The notes under the pieces are model-generated. The model worked only from the letters and a program-made list of their open reading frames with translations. It did no database searches and was not told where the DNA came from. From NCBI GenBank assembly GCA_016931315.1, contig JAFGFB010000292.1, forward strand, positions 14,699 to 78,698: 64,000 nucleotides of DNA, read 5' to 3'. Of this stretch, positions 1 through 9,100 are shown one piece after another (positions within the stretch are counted from its first letter, which is position 1; the number at the start of each line of letters is the position of its first letter). A program made the position numbers and the translations under genes. This stretch comes from Anaerolineae bacterium (GTDB taxonomy: Bacteria > Chloroflexota > Anaerolineae > B4-G1 > SLSP01).

Positions 1-3000
1 CCACCCGGTCACCACGAGTGAGCCCTACGACACGGTAGCCTTGTTTTCCCAAGTAACGCCGGAAGAGGGTAATGACGCCCGCATCATCATCCACGGTCAA
101 CACCAGGCGGCCCTTAGATTCCTCCACATCCGTACGAGAGGTGGTGCGCGATAGCTTCGCGCCAGGCGAAGACTCCTCAGCAGGCGGTTCGGGCGGGGGC
201 CCGGCAATGGGCAAGCGCACAAAGAAGGTGGAACCGGCTCCCAGTTCACTTTCAAACCAGATGGTTCCGCCGTGCGCCTCAACGAATTTCTTGCTGACCG
301 GCAAGCCCAAGCCAGTACCGCCATAGCGCCGCGAGGACGAGGAATCCACTTGTTCGAAAGCGGCGAAGACTGAACCATAACGCTCTTTAGGAATGCCCAC
401 ACCTGAGTCTTGTACCGAAATCGTCACCGCCTCATCGTCCGCCGATGCCGCCAGGGCAATAAAGCCCTGTTCGGTGAACTTTGAGGCATTTCCCATCAAG
501 TTGAGTAACACCTGACGGATGCGCCGTGAGTCCGCAATAATCGTTGGCAGAGTTTCGGGAACATGTTGCTGCAACTCGATGGGTTTGTCCTTAACCAGCG
601 CAATCGAGGTGGACATGATGCCCCGGATGATTTCCATGAGGTCGGTGGGCTCAAAAGCGTATTCCATCTTGCCGGCTTCAATCTTAGAGTGGTCAAGGAT
701 TTCGTTAATCAACTCCAACAAGTGGCGCCCGCTCTGATAGATAGCATCCAGGTCGGTCTTTTGCAAGTCAGTAATGGGACCATCAATTCCCTTGAGAATC
801 ACACGCGAGAAACCGATGATGGAGTTCAAAGGCGTGCGCAACTCATGCGACATATTCGCCAGGAACTCGCTTTTCAACCGGTCAACTTCTTTGAGCTTTT
901 CGGCAGTTTCTTGCGCATCCTGATACAATTGCGCATTTTCCAACGCCACGCCGATGTTGACCGCAGCGTTATGGAAGAAAGCGGTTTCGTTCTCGTCAAT
1001 CGCCGGATGATTGTGTTGCTGTCCCAGAATCAGAACTCCTAAAACCTCATCGCGAATCGTGACGGGCAACACCAAAGCCTCTTCAAGATCCAACTCGGCA
1101 CGGTATACCTCGAAAGGGCTCCATAGCCCCGCAGTAGTAGAGAACTTCCAGCGATAATCCAACCGCGATACCACAGCCTCCGTCAACTCAGGCACATCCT
1201 CGGGCACAAAGCGCTCTTCAGTTTCCTCCAGGAACACCGCAGAGCCATCAAAACGATAGACGGCGAGCGGCCTAATCCTTTCTCGATCAACCTTCCAGTA
1301 AAGCGTCGGCATACCCAGTCGCTGAGCGATCAGTTGAACGCTATCATGCACCAGGTTGTCAGGATCAAGGCTGGCAGATGCGGTGCTCATCACTTCGTTG
1401 AGCAAGGCGCGCCGCTCCGCTTCCTGGCGGGTTGTTTCGAGCAGGAACTGGTTTTCCAGCGCAACCGAGGTATTTTGAGACAAGGTTGTATAAAACCGCA
1501 ATTCCTCAGTTGTGAACTCGTGAGGCTGATGGGTGTAGATCAGGATGGCGCCATAGGGCATCCCGCGGACACGCAGTTGGAAAGCCGCCAGCCCCCGAAC
1601 CGTCAGGTGACGGAACATCCGCCTGACTTCCCCGCTAAACCCTGCTTCCTGTTCAATATCCGTGCAAACATAGGAGCCTTCAGATTCCAATGCAGCGTAA
1701 ATCAATTGCCAGTAGGAAAGCGGATAGGCGCTGCCAGCCTGAACAACCTGACCCTCACGGACCCATCCATCTACAATGCGCAAGTGTGCCGGATCATTCA
1801 GCGGTTCAAATAATCCAGCAATGATGCGATCAGGTTCGGGACGGCGGCTGATACCCTCAATCGCTGCCCGCAAGATCTCCGCATCGCTGTGCGCCTCGCT
1901 GATTTGCTGTCCCACTTCGTACAATGTGGTCGTCTCGGTCAGGACCGAAGTTGTCTGCTCAAACAACAAGCGGTTTTCCAAAGCCATGCCAATCTGCTCT
2001 CGCACAGCCTGGATCAAAGCCAGGTCATCTTCGGACCACTCTTGCCCCAAGACGCTGTGGCTGGATACAGCCCCGGTTTCAGCGGCATTGCTGCCGTTCG
2101 ACGAGGTAGCGGCATCTACGCCCAGAACACCTAGCGGTTCGCCCAAAGGTGAGGTAATAGGCGCCAGGACAAATGCACCATGCTCATCTTGCTGCAATAC
2201 CACCTCACCCCGGGCAAGCTCGCCGATGGCCGCAGTCTCACGCTCCTGCCAGACCTGCCCCACATTCTCAGATATGGCGTCATGGCTGACGGCGTCATTC
2301 ATGACGGTGGCATCCTGCCGTTCGTCATTCATGACGGCGGTAGCAGTTTCCAACAACGGGACCAAACGGTTGGACTCATAGGCATAGCCGACAACAGTAT
2401 GACCACGAGCGAATTTAGACCAGGCTGCACCGGTAAGGTCGCGCTGAATCCGTTGCAGTTCTTCGAAACGCGCCTGAGCCTCAGCAAAGAGCCAGGCATT
2501 GGCAATGGCGTTGGCGATTTGGTCAGCCACCGTTTGTAGCACCAAAATATCGCTATCGGAGAAAGCTTGCGGCTGTCGCGATTGAATGGTAAGCGCTCCA
2601 ATCACATCGCCACGTGAAATCAACGGCAAGGCAATCTCGGAGCGCGTTTCCGGCAACAGTGGATTCTCGAAACGCACTGCCTCAAGCCCCACGTCGAATG
2701 CGATGCGAGCCTCACGGTCTTGCATAGCCGCGCCCACCATCGAATTTCCGCCGATCTGCAAGCGGTGTTCAGCCTGCAACATTTGTTCGCCGGCTGTTCC
2801 AGTTCCAGCACGCAACACCGCCCACTTGCCGGTATCATCTATCAGGAAGACTCCCACGTAATAGACCCCGAATTGCTCACGGATAAGTTCTACCGTCCGG
2901 GGCAGCAATTCCTCCAGTTGAAGCATCGAAGATGTGGCGCGGGAGATATCGGCTGCAGTCTGCAATTGCTGCGTACGATGCTCCAAAGTCGCCAACAGTT

Positions 3001-6000
3001 GTTTACGCGAGGTCATATCGTTAAACACGCCCACGACACCGGTAATCGTGCCCTGAGCGTCGAAGACCGTAGATTTGCTCAAGAGAACGGTATGCGCGGA
3101 GCCATCTGCGTAGGGTATTTGCGCCTCGAAGGATTGCACGCCCGGCTCATGGATAAGACGCATATCGGAGTCATGTTGGGCTTGCGCCACCGCTGGGTCA
3201 ATGGGTGACACGTCACCGGGTGACGCGTCACCCGGTGACGCACCTACCTCAGGCAGCAATTGACGCGCCAATGATTGGCGCGCCAATTCGGGCATAGTCT
3301 GCCCCAAAATTTGCTCGACCGGCAAACCGAGCACTTGTTCAGCGAAAGCTTGGTTTACAATCCGGTGCGCCCCAGTGCGGTCTTTGTAAAACACGGGGTT
3401 GGGAATGGAGTTGATGACGGATTGAAGCAGGATCTGGTTGGATTCGGCGTCCAGCGCGGCATGTCGCGCCCGAGAAAACAGGCGGGCATTGACAATGGCC
3501 GTGGCGAACTGGTCAGCCATGGTCTGCAAGAGAAGAATATCATCCGCGCTAAAAGCCCGGGGGTGCTCCGACTGAATGGTCATGGCCCCGATGGCCTCGT
3601 CGCGTGAGACCAGGGGCAGCGCCATTTCTGACCTGGTGGCGGGCAAAAGCGGATTTTCAAAGCGTACAGCCTCCGCGCCAACATCGAGGGCAATCCGCGC
3701 CTGACGCGAGGCGACACAGGCGCCAATCATGGATTGCCCCCCCACCCGCAAGCGGTGCCCAGAAGCCAACATGTGTTGACCAGCCTCGCCCGTACCGGCG
3801 CGCAGAACAGCCCATTCTCCAGTGTCATCAACCAGGAAGACGCCCACATAGTAGAGTTCGAAACGTTCGCGAATGAGGGCAACGCTTTGCAGAAGGAGCT
3901 CATCCAACTCCAGAATGGAATGGGTGGCGCGTGAAATCTCGGCGCCGGCGCCCAGCAAAAGCGTTCGGCGCTGGGCAGCCTGGAATAATTGCGCGTTGGC
4001 GATGGCGGCAGCAGCCTGATTCACCATAGCGACTAACAAATCCAAATCACTCGCGGTAAAATCAGGCTCCTCGGGCAAATTGATGGCGGTCAGCGTTCCG
4101 ATAACCGCGCCACGGTACATCACCGGCGCCACTATCATGGCGCCACAGTGATGCTCTAAACGATGGCGCTGGGATTCAGCGGATTCGCGGGAATCAGGCT
4201 TGCCCTTGGGAGATAGAGCAGGCTGTACCTCACGCGCGACCCAACCGCTCAAACCCTCCCAGAGGGTCTCAAAGGATATAGCAGGGTCCAAATATGCCTG
4301 CCCCGGACCGCCGCGCGCAAAGTGGGTGATTTGCCGCGCCTCAGCATCGAAGGTGACGAGCGAGACACGGTTAGCCGGCAAGGTCTCCGCCACGCGCGCA
4401 GTAATCTCACGCAGCGCCTCATCCAGGTCCTGGGTGAGCATGACGGAACGCCCGACTTGATAGAGAGCTTGCGTGCGCCTGAGGGATTGCTCAACATCCG
4501 CGAAAAGTTGCGCGTTGGCGACAGCGGCCGCGGCCTGGGTGGCCATAGCCACCATGAGGTCTACATCGTCAGGGGAAAAATCGGGCGCATCCAGACTATT
4601 GAAGGCCGTCATGGTTCCGATGAGTTGGCCACGGTACTGAAGCGGCGCCACAATAATCGCCCCAGTCCGGTTGCGCCGGCGGCGTTCTTGAGCCGCGGAA
4701 CCTTCCCGTGGGTCCACAAAGCCCTTGGGGGAGTACGCGGGTTGCAGGTTTTGGATGACCCAACCGCTCAAACCCTGCTGCAATTCTGCAAAGGAAGGCG
4801 GGCTGTACCCAGCCTGGCGGCTCTCGCGACGCAAACGTCCACCCCACACCGCGTGAGTGATTTCTTCAGTGGTAAAGTTGAAGGTATAGACAATGACCTG
4901 ATCGGCATTGAGCGCCTCAGCCACACCATTCACTACGGTCTGAAGCGTTTCTTCAAGGCTGAGGATAGAGGTCACCGAGCGATTAGCGCGATACAAAGCT
5001 TCGGTGCGCGCCAGGGTCTGACGGGTCTGGCTAAAGAGCTGGGCATTTTGAATAAATACAATGACTTGACTCGCCAACAGCTGCCCGAGGTATTGGTCAT
5101 AAGCCGAAAATGTGCGTTCTTCACGGTCATCCGTTGCTGCCAGGACACCTATGACTTGATCCTGCCACAACAAGGGAATCGCCATAGCGGCTCTAAAAGG
5201 GGCGTCTGTAAATTCCGTAGGGCGTCCCTCCCATTGAGAATAATCGTTGCGCACTTTGAGCTGTTTGGCAGCATAAGCCTGCCCTACCAAGCCTTCACCT
5301 GGAGCGGCACGCGCACCCACTTTAGCGGCATAGCCGCTCTGAAGCGACATGACGAGTTCCAGGCATTGCTCGGCTTCACGCCAGAGCCAGATTCCGCCTC
5401 CTGTGGTATCCAACAAGCGCAGAATGCGACTGCCCACACTTTCAAGCATCGGTTGCAGGTCACGTTGCTGCCGCGCCAGCTCGAGGGAAATCTCATACAT
5501 GGAACTCATCGCCTGATACCGTTGCTGCAGCAGCTCGTAATCTTTTTCAAGGCCCTGGTAGACCGTGTTGGCTTCCAGTGCATCGCTAACCCGCGTCGCT
5601 AACAAATCCATGAGCAATAGACCAAGAGGAGAGAATCCACTCTCCTCACGAGAATATTCACTCTCCTCACCCAAATGCACGGCACAAATCAGAGCTGCCA
5701 ATTGCCCTTCAGCCATTACAGGCGCCAGCAATGCAACCCGGGAGTCTGCTGGCAAGTGCAAGTCTGCCACACAGTCAGCCAGCCGCGTCCCATGCAAGAC
5801 CAGAGGGTGCTCGGAAATACCACAACGTGACAACACCTGCACCGTCAATGGCGCCAGGTCGTGCAGCGCCATACCCACCGCAGCGCATGGCTGCAAGTGG
5901 GAAGCCATAACGCCAGCGGCGCTGGGTACAGCGGCGCTGGGTACAGCGTTGGAACCCGGGTCAATTGTAAAGAACAGCGCCACTGGGCAAGAAAGCAGCT

Positions 6001-6142
6001 TCGTTGCCAGTGCCACAACTTGCTCACCCAATTGCAAGCGCCCTAATACGTGAAACGAAGATCGAGAGAGCGCAGCAATGCCCTCACCTAAAGCGCCTGG
6101 GTGATGCATCACCCATTCAAGTTCCCGTGCCTCAGCATTCAT
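1..6142 (-). CDS. hybrid sensor histidine kinase: multi-GAF + PAS + HisKA + HATPase_c + receiver (3' end runs off the left edge)
   Basis: Absent from the ORF track because no stop lies in the window. My reverse-strand translation from ATG 6142 (MNAEARELEW...) stays open to base 1, and no track ORF shares this frame. Two canonical GAFs (ELYYVGVFLVDDTGEWAVLRAGTGEAG; GVYYVGVFLIDDTGKWAVLRAGTGTAG). PAS-like NPVFYKDRTG...GVFNDMTSRK. Intact H-box FLANMSHELRTPLNSIIGF, N-box LLNLMGNASKFT, G-boxes DSGVGI and GGTGLGL, then receiver start LVLTVDDDAGVITLFRRYL. Confidence 0.9.
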   Translation of the reverse strand, partial: MNAEARELEWVMHHPGALGEGIAALSRSSFHVLGRLQLGEQVVALATKLLSCPVALFFTIDPGSNAVPSAAVPSAAGVMASHLQPCAAVGMALHDLAPLTVQVLSRCGISEHPLVLHGTRLADCVADLHLPADSRVALLAPVMAEGQLAALICAVHLGEESEYSREESGFSPLGLLLMDLLATRVSDALEANTVYQGLEKDYELLQQRYQAMSSMYEISLELARQQRDLQPMLESVGSRILRLLDTTGGGIWLWREAEQCLELVMSLQSGYAAKVGARAAPGEGLVGQAYAAKQLKVRNDYSQWEGRPTEFTDAPFRAAMAIPLLWQDQVIGVLAATDDREERTFSAYDQYLGQLLASQVIVFIQNAQLFSQTRQTLARTEALYRANRSVTSILSLEETLQTVVNGVAEALNADQVIVYTFNFTTEEITHAVWGGRLRRESRQAGYSPPSFAELQQGLSGWVIQNLQPAYSPKGFVDPREGSAAQERRRRNRTGAIIVAPLQYRGQLIGTMTAFNSLDAPDFSPDDVDLMVAMATQAAAAVANAQLFADVEQSLRRTQALYQVGRSVMLTQDLDEALREITARVAETLPANRVSLVTFDAEARQITHFARGGPGQAYLDPAISFETLWEGLSGWVAREVQPALSPKGKPDSRESAESQRHRLEHHCGAMIVAPVMYRGAVIGTLTAINLPEEPDFTASDLDLLVAMVNQAAAAIANAQLFQAAQRRTLLLGAGAEISRATHSILELDELLLQSVALIRERFELYYVGVFLVDDTGEWAVLRAGTGEAGQHMLASGHRLRVGGQSMIGACVASRQARIALDVGAEAVRFENPLLPATRSEMALPLVSRDEAIGAMTIQSEHPRAFSADDILLLQTMADQFATAIVNARLFSRARHAALDAESNQILLQSVINSIPNPVFYKDRTGAHRIVNQAFAEQVLGLPVEQILGQTMPELARQSLARQLLPEVGASPGDASPGDVSPIDPAVAQAQHDSDMRLIHEPGVQSFEAQIPYADGSAHTVLLSKSTVFDAQGTITGVVGVFNDMTSRKQLLATLEHRTQQLQTAADISRATSSMLQLEELLPRTVELIREQFGVYYVGVFLIDDTGKWAVLRAGTGTAGEQMLQAEHRLQIGGNSMVGAAMQDREARIAFDVGLEAVRFENPLLPETRSEIALPLISRGDVIGALTIQSRQPQAFSDSDILVLQTVADQIANAIANAWLFAEAQARFEELQRIQRDLTGAAWSKFARGHTVVGYAYESNRLVPLLETATAVMNDERQDATVMNDAVSHDAISENVGQVWQERETAAIGELARGEVVLQQDEHGAFVLAPITSPLGEPLGVLGVDAATSSNGSNAAETGAVSSHSVLGQEWSEDDLALIQAVREQIGMALENRLLFEQTTSVLTETTTLYEVGQQISEAHSDAEILRAAIEGISRRPEPDRIIAGLFEPLNDPAHLRIVDGWVREGQVVQAGSAYPLSYWQLIYAALESEGSYVCTDIEQEAGFSGEVRRMFRHLTVRGLAAFQLRVRGMPYGAILIYTHQPHEFTTEELRFYTTLSQNTSVALENQFLLETTRQEAERRALLNEVMSTASASLDPDNLVHDSVQLIAQRLGMPTLYWKVDRERIRPLAVYRFDGSAVFLEETEERFVPEDVPELTEAVVSRLDYRWKFSTTAGLWSPFEVYRAELDLEEALVLPVTIRDEVLGVLILGQQHNHPAIDENETAFFHNAAVNIGVALENAQLYQDAQETAEKLKEVDRLKSEFLANMSHELRTPLNSIIGFSRVILKGIDGPITDLQKTDLDAIYQSGRHLLELINEILDHSKIEAGKMEYAFEPTDLMEIIRGIMSTSIALVKDKPIELQQHVPETLPTIIADSRRIRQVLLNLMGNASKFTEQGFIALAASADDEAVTISVQDSGVGIPKERYGSVFAAFEQVDSSSSRRYGGTGLGLPVSKKFVEAHGGTIWFESELGAGSTFFVRLPIAGPPPEPPAEESSPGAKLSRTTSRTDVEESKGRLVLTVDDDAGVITLFRRYLGKQGYRVVGLTRGDRV
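3204..3245. repeat. three tandem copies of the palindromic element GGTGACGCGTCACC
   Basis: ggtgacacgtcacc gggtgacgcgtcaccc ggtgacgcacc. The middle copy is a perfect 16-nt palindrome. It is read in frame on the minus strand as GASPGDASPGDVSP inside the PAS-like segment of the hybrid kinase. Confidence 0.85.
5916..5948. repeat. 15-nt tandem repeat (2.2 units) inside the hybrid kinase
   Basis: gcggcgctgggtaca occurs twice, followed by gcg. It encodes AVPSAAVPSAA on the minus strand. Confidence 0.85.
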
Positions 6143-6177
6143 ACCCTGTTTCTCCCGCTCTCCAAATAAGTCAGGCC

Positions 6178-9100
6178 CTATTCCTCTGTGTCTGCCGCAG
6201 ATTCATGATCTGCTTCCGCATAGGATTGCGGCGACAATTCGCCCGTAGGTTTCTTGCGTCGGGCAGCGCCAACGCCGCCCAAACGCACTACCGCTCTCGA
6301 TGTTCCCAAAGCCCGTCCCAGCTCGCGAGCGGCAGTCTGCAGAACGCTCTGAACATCTGGGGCGGCCTGAATCTGGTCACCAATCTCACGAATCAGTTGT
6401 TCACGGCGAGCGCGTGAAGCTGTCGCTTCCAACTGATAGATGTTCTGGATAGCAACAGCAGCCTGGCCAGTCAAAGTGGTCAACCGGCGTTGCTCTTCTT
6501 CCGTAAGGTGGGTGACCGTGCCATAAGCAGCCATGAAGGTTCCAATAGCCTGTCCACCCACCAGCAAGGGCGTGAAAACCACGGTCCTACCTTGCAATGA
6601 GTTGTGGAAAAGGTCGTAGGCAGGTGCGATTTCATCCACCTCGCGTTCTACATCCGTAATCACCTGGGTGCGGTCGCGTTGCAAGTAAGGTTCGAGTAGG
6701 GCGAGTGTGTTCCCACGCGCCAGCAGCGATAAGTCAATGGGTGACGTTGCCAGGGCGTTGGGTACAACATTGGAGCCTGGCGCTCCCGTAACCCAGCGGG
6801 CTGCCAACATAGCGTTGGTAGGACGTTGACGCTCGGTCCAAGGGCGGTCGTAGAGGAGGATGGCATTGACATGCGCGCTGCCACCCAAGGCAGTGTATTG
6901 ACGCATTACGTCGAGAATCTGGACATAGGTTTGCGCTGCATTGAGGGACCCGCCAGCCTCGTACAGGACCTCGGTCTCAGCCAGGGCGGTTTGCACTTCG
7001 CGGAAGAGTCGTTCGCGCGCGAGGGTGCTCGAGAGTGCCGCGGCGACGGTCTGCACGGAGATGAGCTCCTCCGGCTTCCAATCCCGCTCCCGCAGGTTGT
7101 CACCAAAAGCCAAAAAGTTGGGGGCGCTGGCATCGCTCGGTACGGCAATCAATAACAGTGAACGGAAGTCGAGGGCTTCAAGCGCTTGTTGCTCCGCAGC
7201 ACTGGCGCGACTCGCATCCACGCGCACGAGGCCGTGGCTTCGTAGTGCGGGCAACCACTCGGGGAAGCTATCCAGGCGCCATTTGGAGGCAGCGGGGCTC
7301 TCGTTGGCGGCGGTGGGGGTCCAGTGGGCGCCGACCTCCCAATACATGCCGGCGCCCTCGGAACGTAAATCGCAATACTGCGCGGCGCCAGTCTCCAGGA
7401 CCTCGCCCAAGAGCTGCAGCACCGTGGGCATGGACTCAGTCCCGCGCTCAGCCAGCTGCGCGGTGGCTTGTGCGACGGCGTCACGGTAACGGGATTGAAT
7501 CTCAACCACACCGAGCGTCTGCTGAAGTTGAGCGAACTGCAGCGCATTCTGGGCTGAAGTAGCCAGCTGCGATCCCAGGAACTCCAGAAGGCGGACGTTC
7601 TCTTCAGTAAAATACCCTGCCGTGGTGCTGTTGGCAAACAACACGCCCACGATCTCCGCGCCCAAACGCAACGGCACGGCGACTTGGGCGACCAGGCCCA
7701 AATCCACCAACGGGGAGGCAATGCGCGAATCGGCGGCAAGCTGGTTGATGAGCACCGGGCGCCCAGTGGCACGGACCTCGGCGGTTACGCCATCGGGACG
7801 CGGCGGGGTCAAAGTTTCGGGTGCGGCAAAGCGAGGGTCTGCGGCTGAAAAGCCAGAGAAGGCGGCATGCATGTCGGCTAAGGCGTTGTTCCGCTCCCAG
7901 AAAAAGACCCGAGTGCGTTGCACGCCCAGCAGCCGCATCGCCCATTCAGCGCCGGTATTGAGCACCGCCTCGACTTCGCGCATGCCAATCATACTGAGGC
8001 CAGCCTCGTACAATTGTTGGAGGTCGCGCGCACGCCGAGCGCTTTCCTGATAGAGGCGGGCATTTTCTAGTGCCACGGTTGCCTGTGCGGCGAAAAGTTC
8101 AGCTAAGCGGCTCGCCACCGCATCAAACGGCAAAGCGCCCCGTTGCCGGGCGACGAGCAATACGCCAATGACGCCGCGCGCAGCCATCAAGGGGACCGCC
8201 AGGGCAGGACCCAGGACCGGGGCGGCAGGGTTGCCGGGGGTATGGATGCCGGTTGTATAGGCTTCAGTCTGCACGACGCGCCGCTCCAAGAGTGCCGTAC
8301 CCGGTAAGCCCTCGCCCGGGTTGAAGGAGATTCCCTGATAGGACGCCAGGTCGCCCCAAACGCTCAGACAGTGAAGTGCGGCTTGAGGTTCACTATAACG
8401 CAAGAAGGCGGCCCCATCAGCAACCAACAGTGCTTGAGCCTGGTCTACCACCAGTTGTTCTGTCGCCTCAGGGTCTAGGACTTGCCCAAAGCGCAACGAC
8501 ACTTCATAGAGCAGTTGCAGCTCGGCCGAGCGACGCTGAGTTTCCTCAAGCAAGTGCAGGTTTTCCAGCACCACAGCCACCTGCCCCGCCAGGTTGCGCG
8601 CCAGGGTACGGGTATCGGGGTCTAGCAATACGTCTTGCTGCTGGCGAATCAACGCCAGGAATCCGGCTTGAGCCGTTGCCGTGCGGATAGGGACGTAAAG
8701 AACACGTTCCAGGTCATAATTCTCGGTCAGGGTCTGAACTTCGCCCATGGGCAAAATCTTCCCCAGTTCCGGTTCAGTCAAGCCGTGGAAGAAAATCTGT
8801 AAATCCGCGGGCAGGGTGTAGATAATGCCGGGATCGAGGAGTTTCTCGCCCCCGGGGAGCACAAAGGCTTGTAAACGCACTTCTTGGGATGCGGCAATTG
8901 CCGAAGTAGTCCCAGGGGCGCCGGTCGGGGCACCGCGGAAAGTAAATACCCCAACCGCCATGGCAAGCCCGCGCGCCAGGATTCCGGCAATTTCCTCCAA
9001 AGCCTGGTCCGGGTCAAGGGTCATGGCGGCAGTCTGCAAGACGGCGTTGAGCAGGGCTTGTTGGCGCGCGGTGCGCTGGGTCTCCTCAAAAAGGCGCGCG

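Noticed and set aside
4322-5602. 426-aa plus-strand ORF. Other long plus-strand ORFs include 22577-23644, 51448-52692, 62816-63790, 58115-59026, 54177-55031 and 11752-12600.
   Set aside because: All lie antisense to minus-strand genes with clear domain motifs. They are Arg/Gly/His/Pro-rich with no recognisable motif and lack good ribosome sites. These are typical shadow ORFs of GC-rich DNA.
1-6142. Apparent lack of any long ORF in the supplied track over the first 6 kb, which could suggest non-coding DNA or a pseudogene.
   Set aside because: The minus-strand frame starting at ATG 6142 is open all the way to base 1 and encodes a coherent GAF/PAS/HisKA/HATPase/REC protein. The track omits it only because its stop codon is outside the window.
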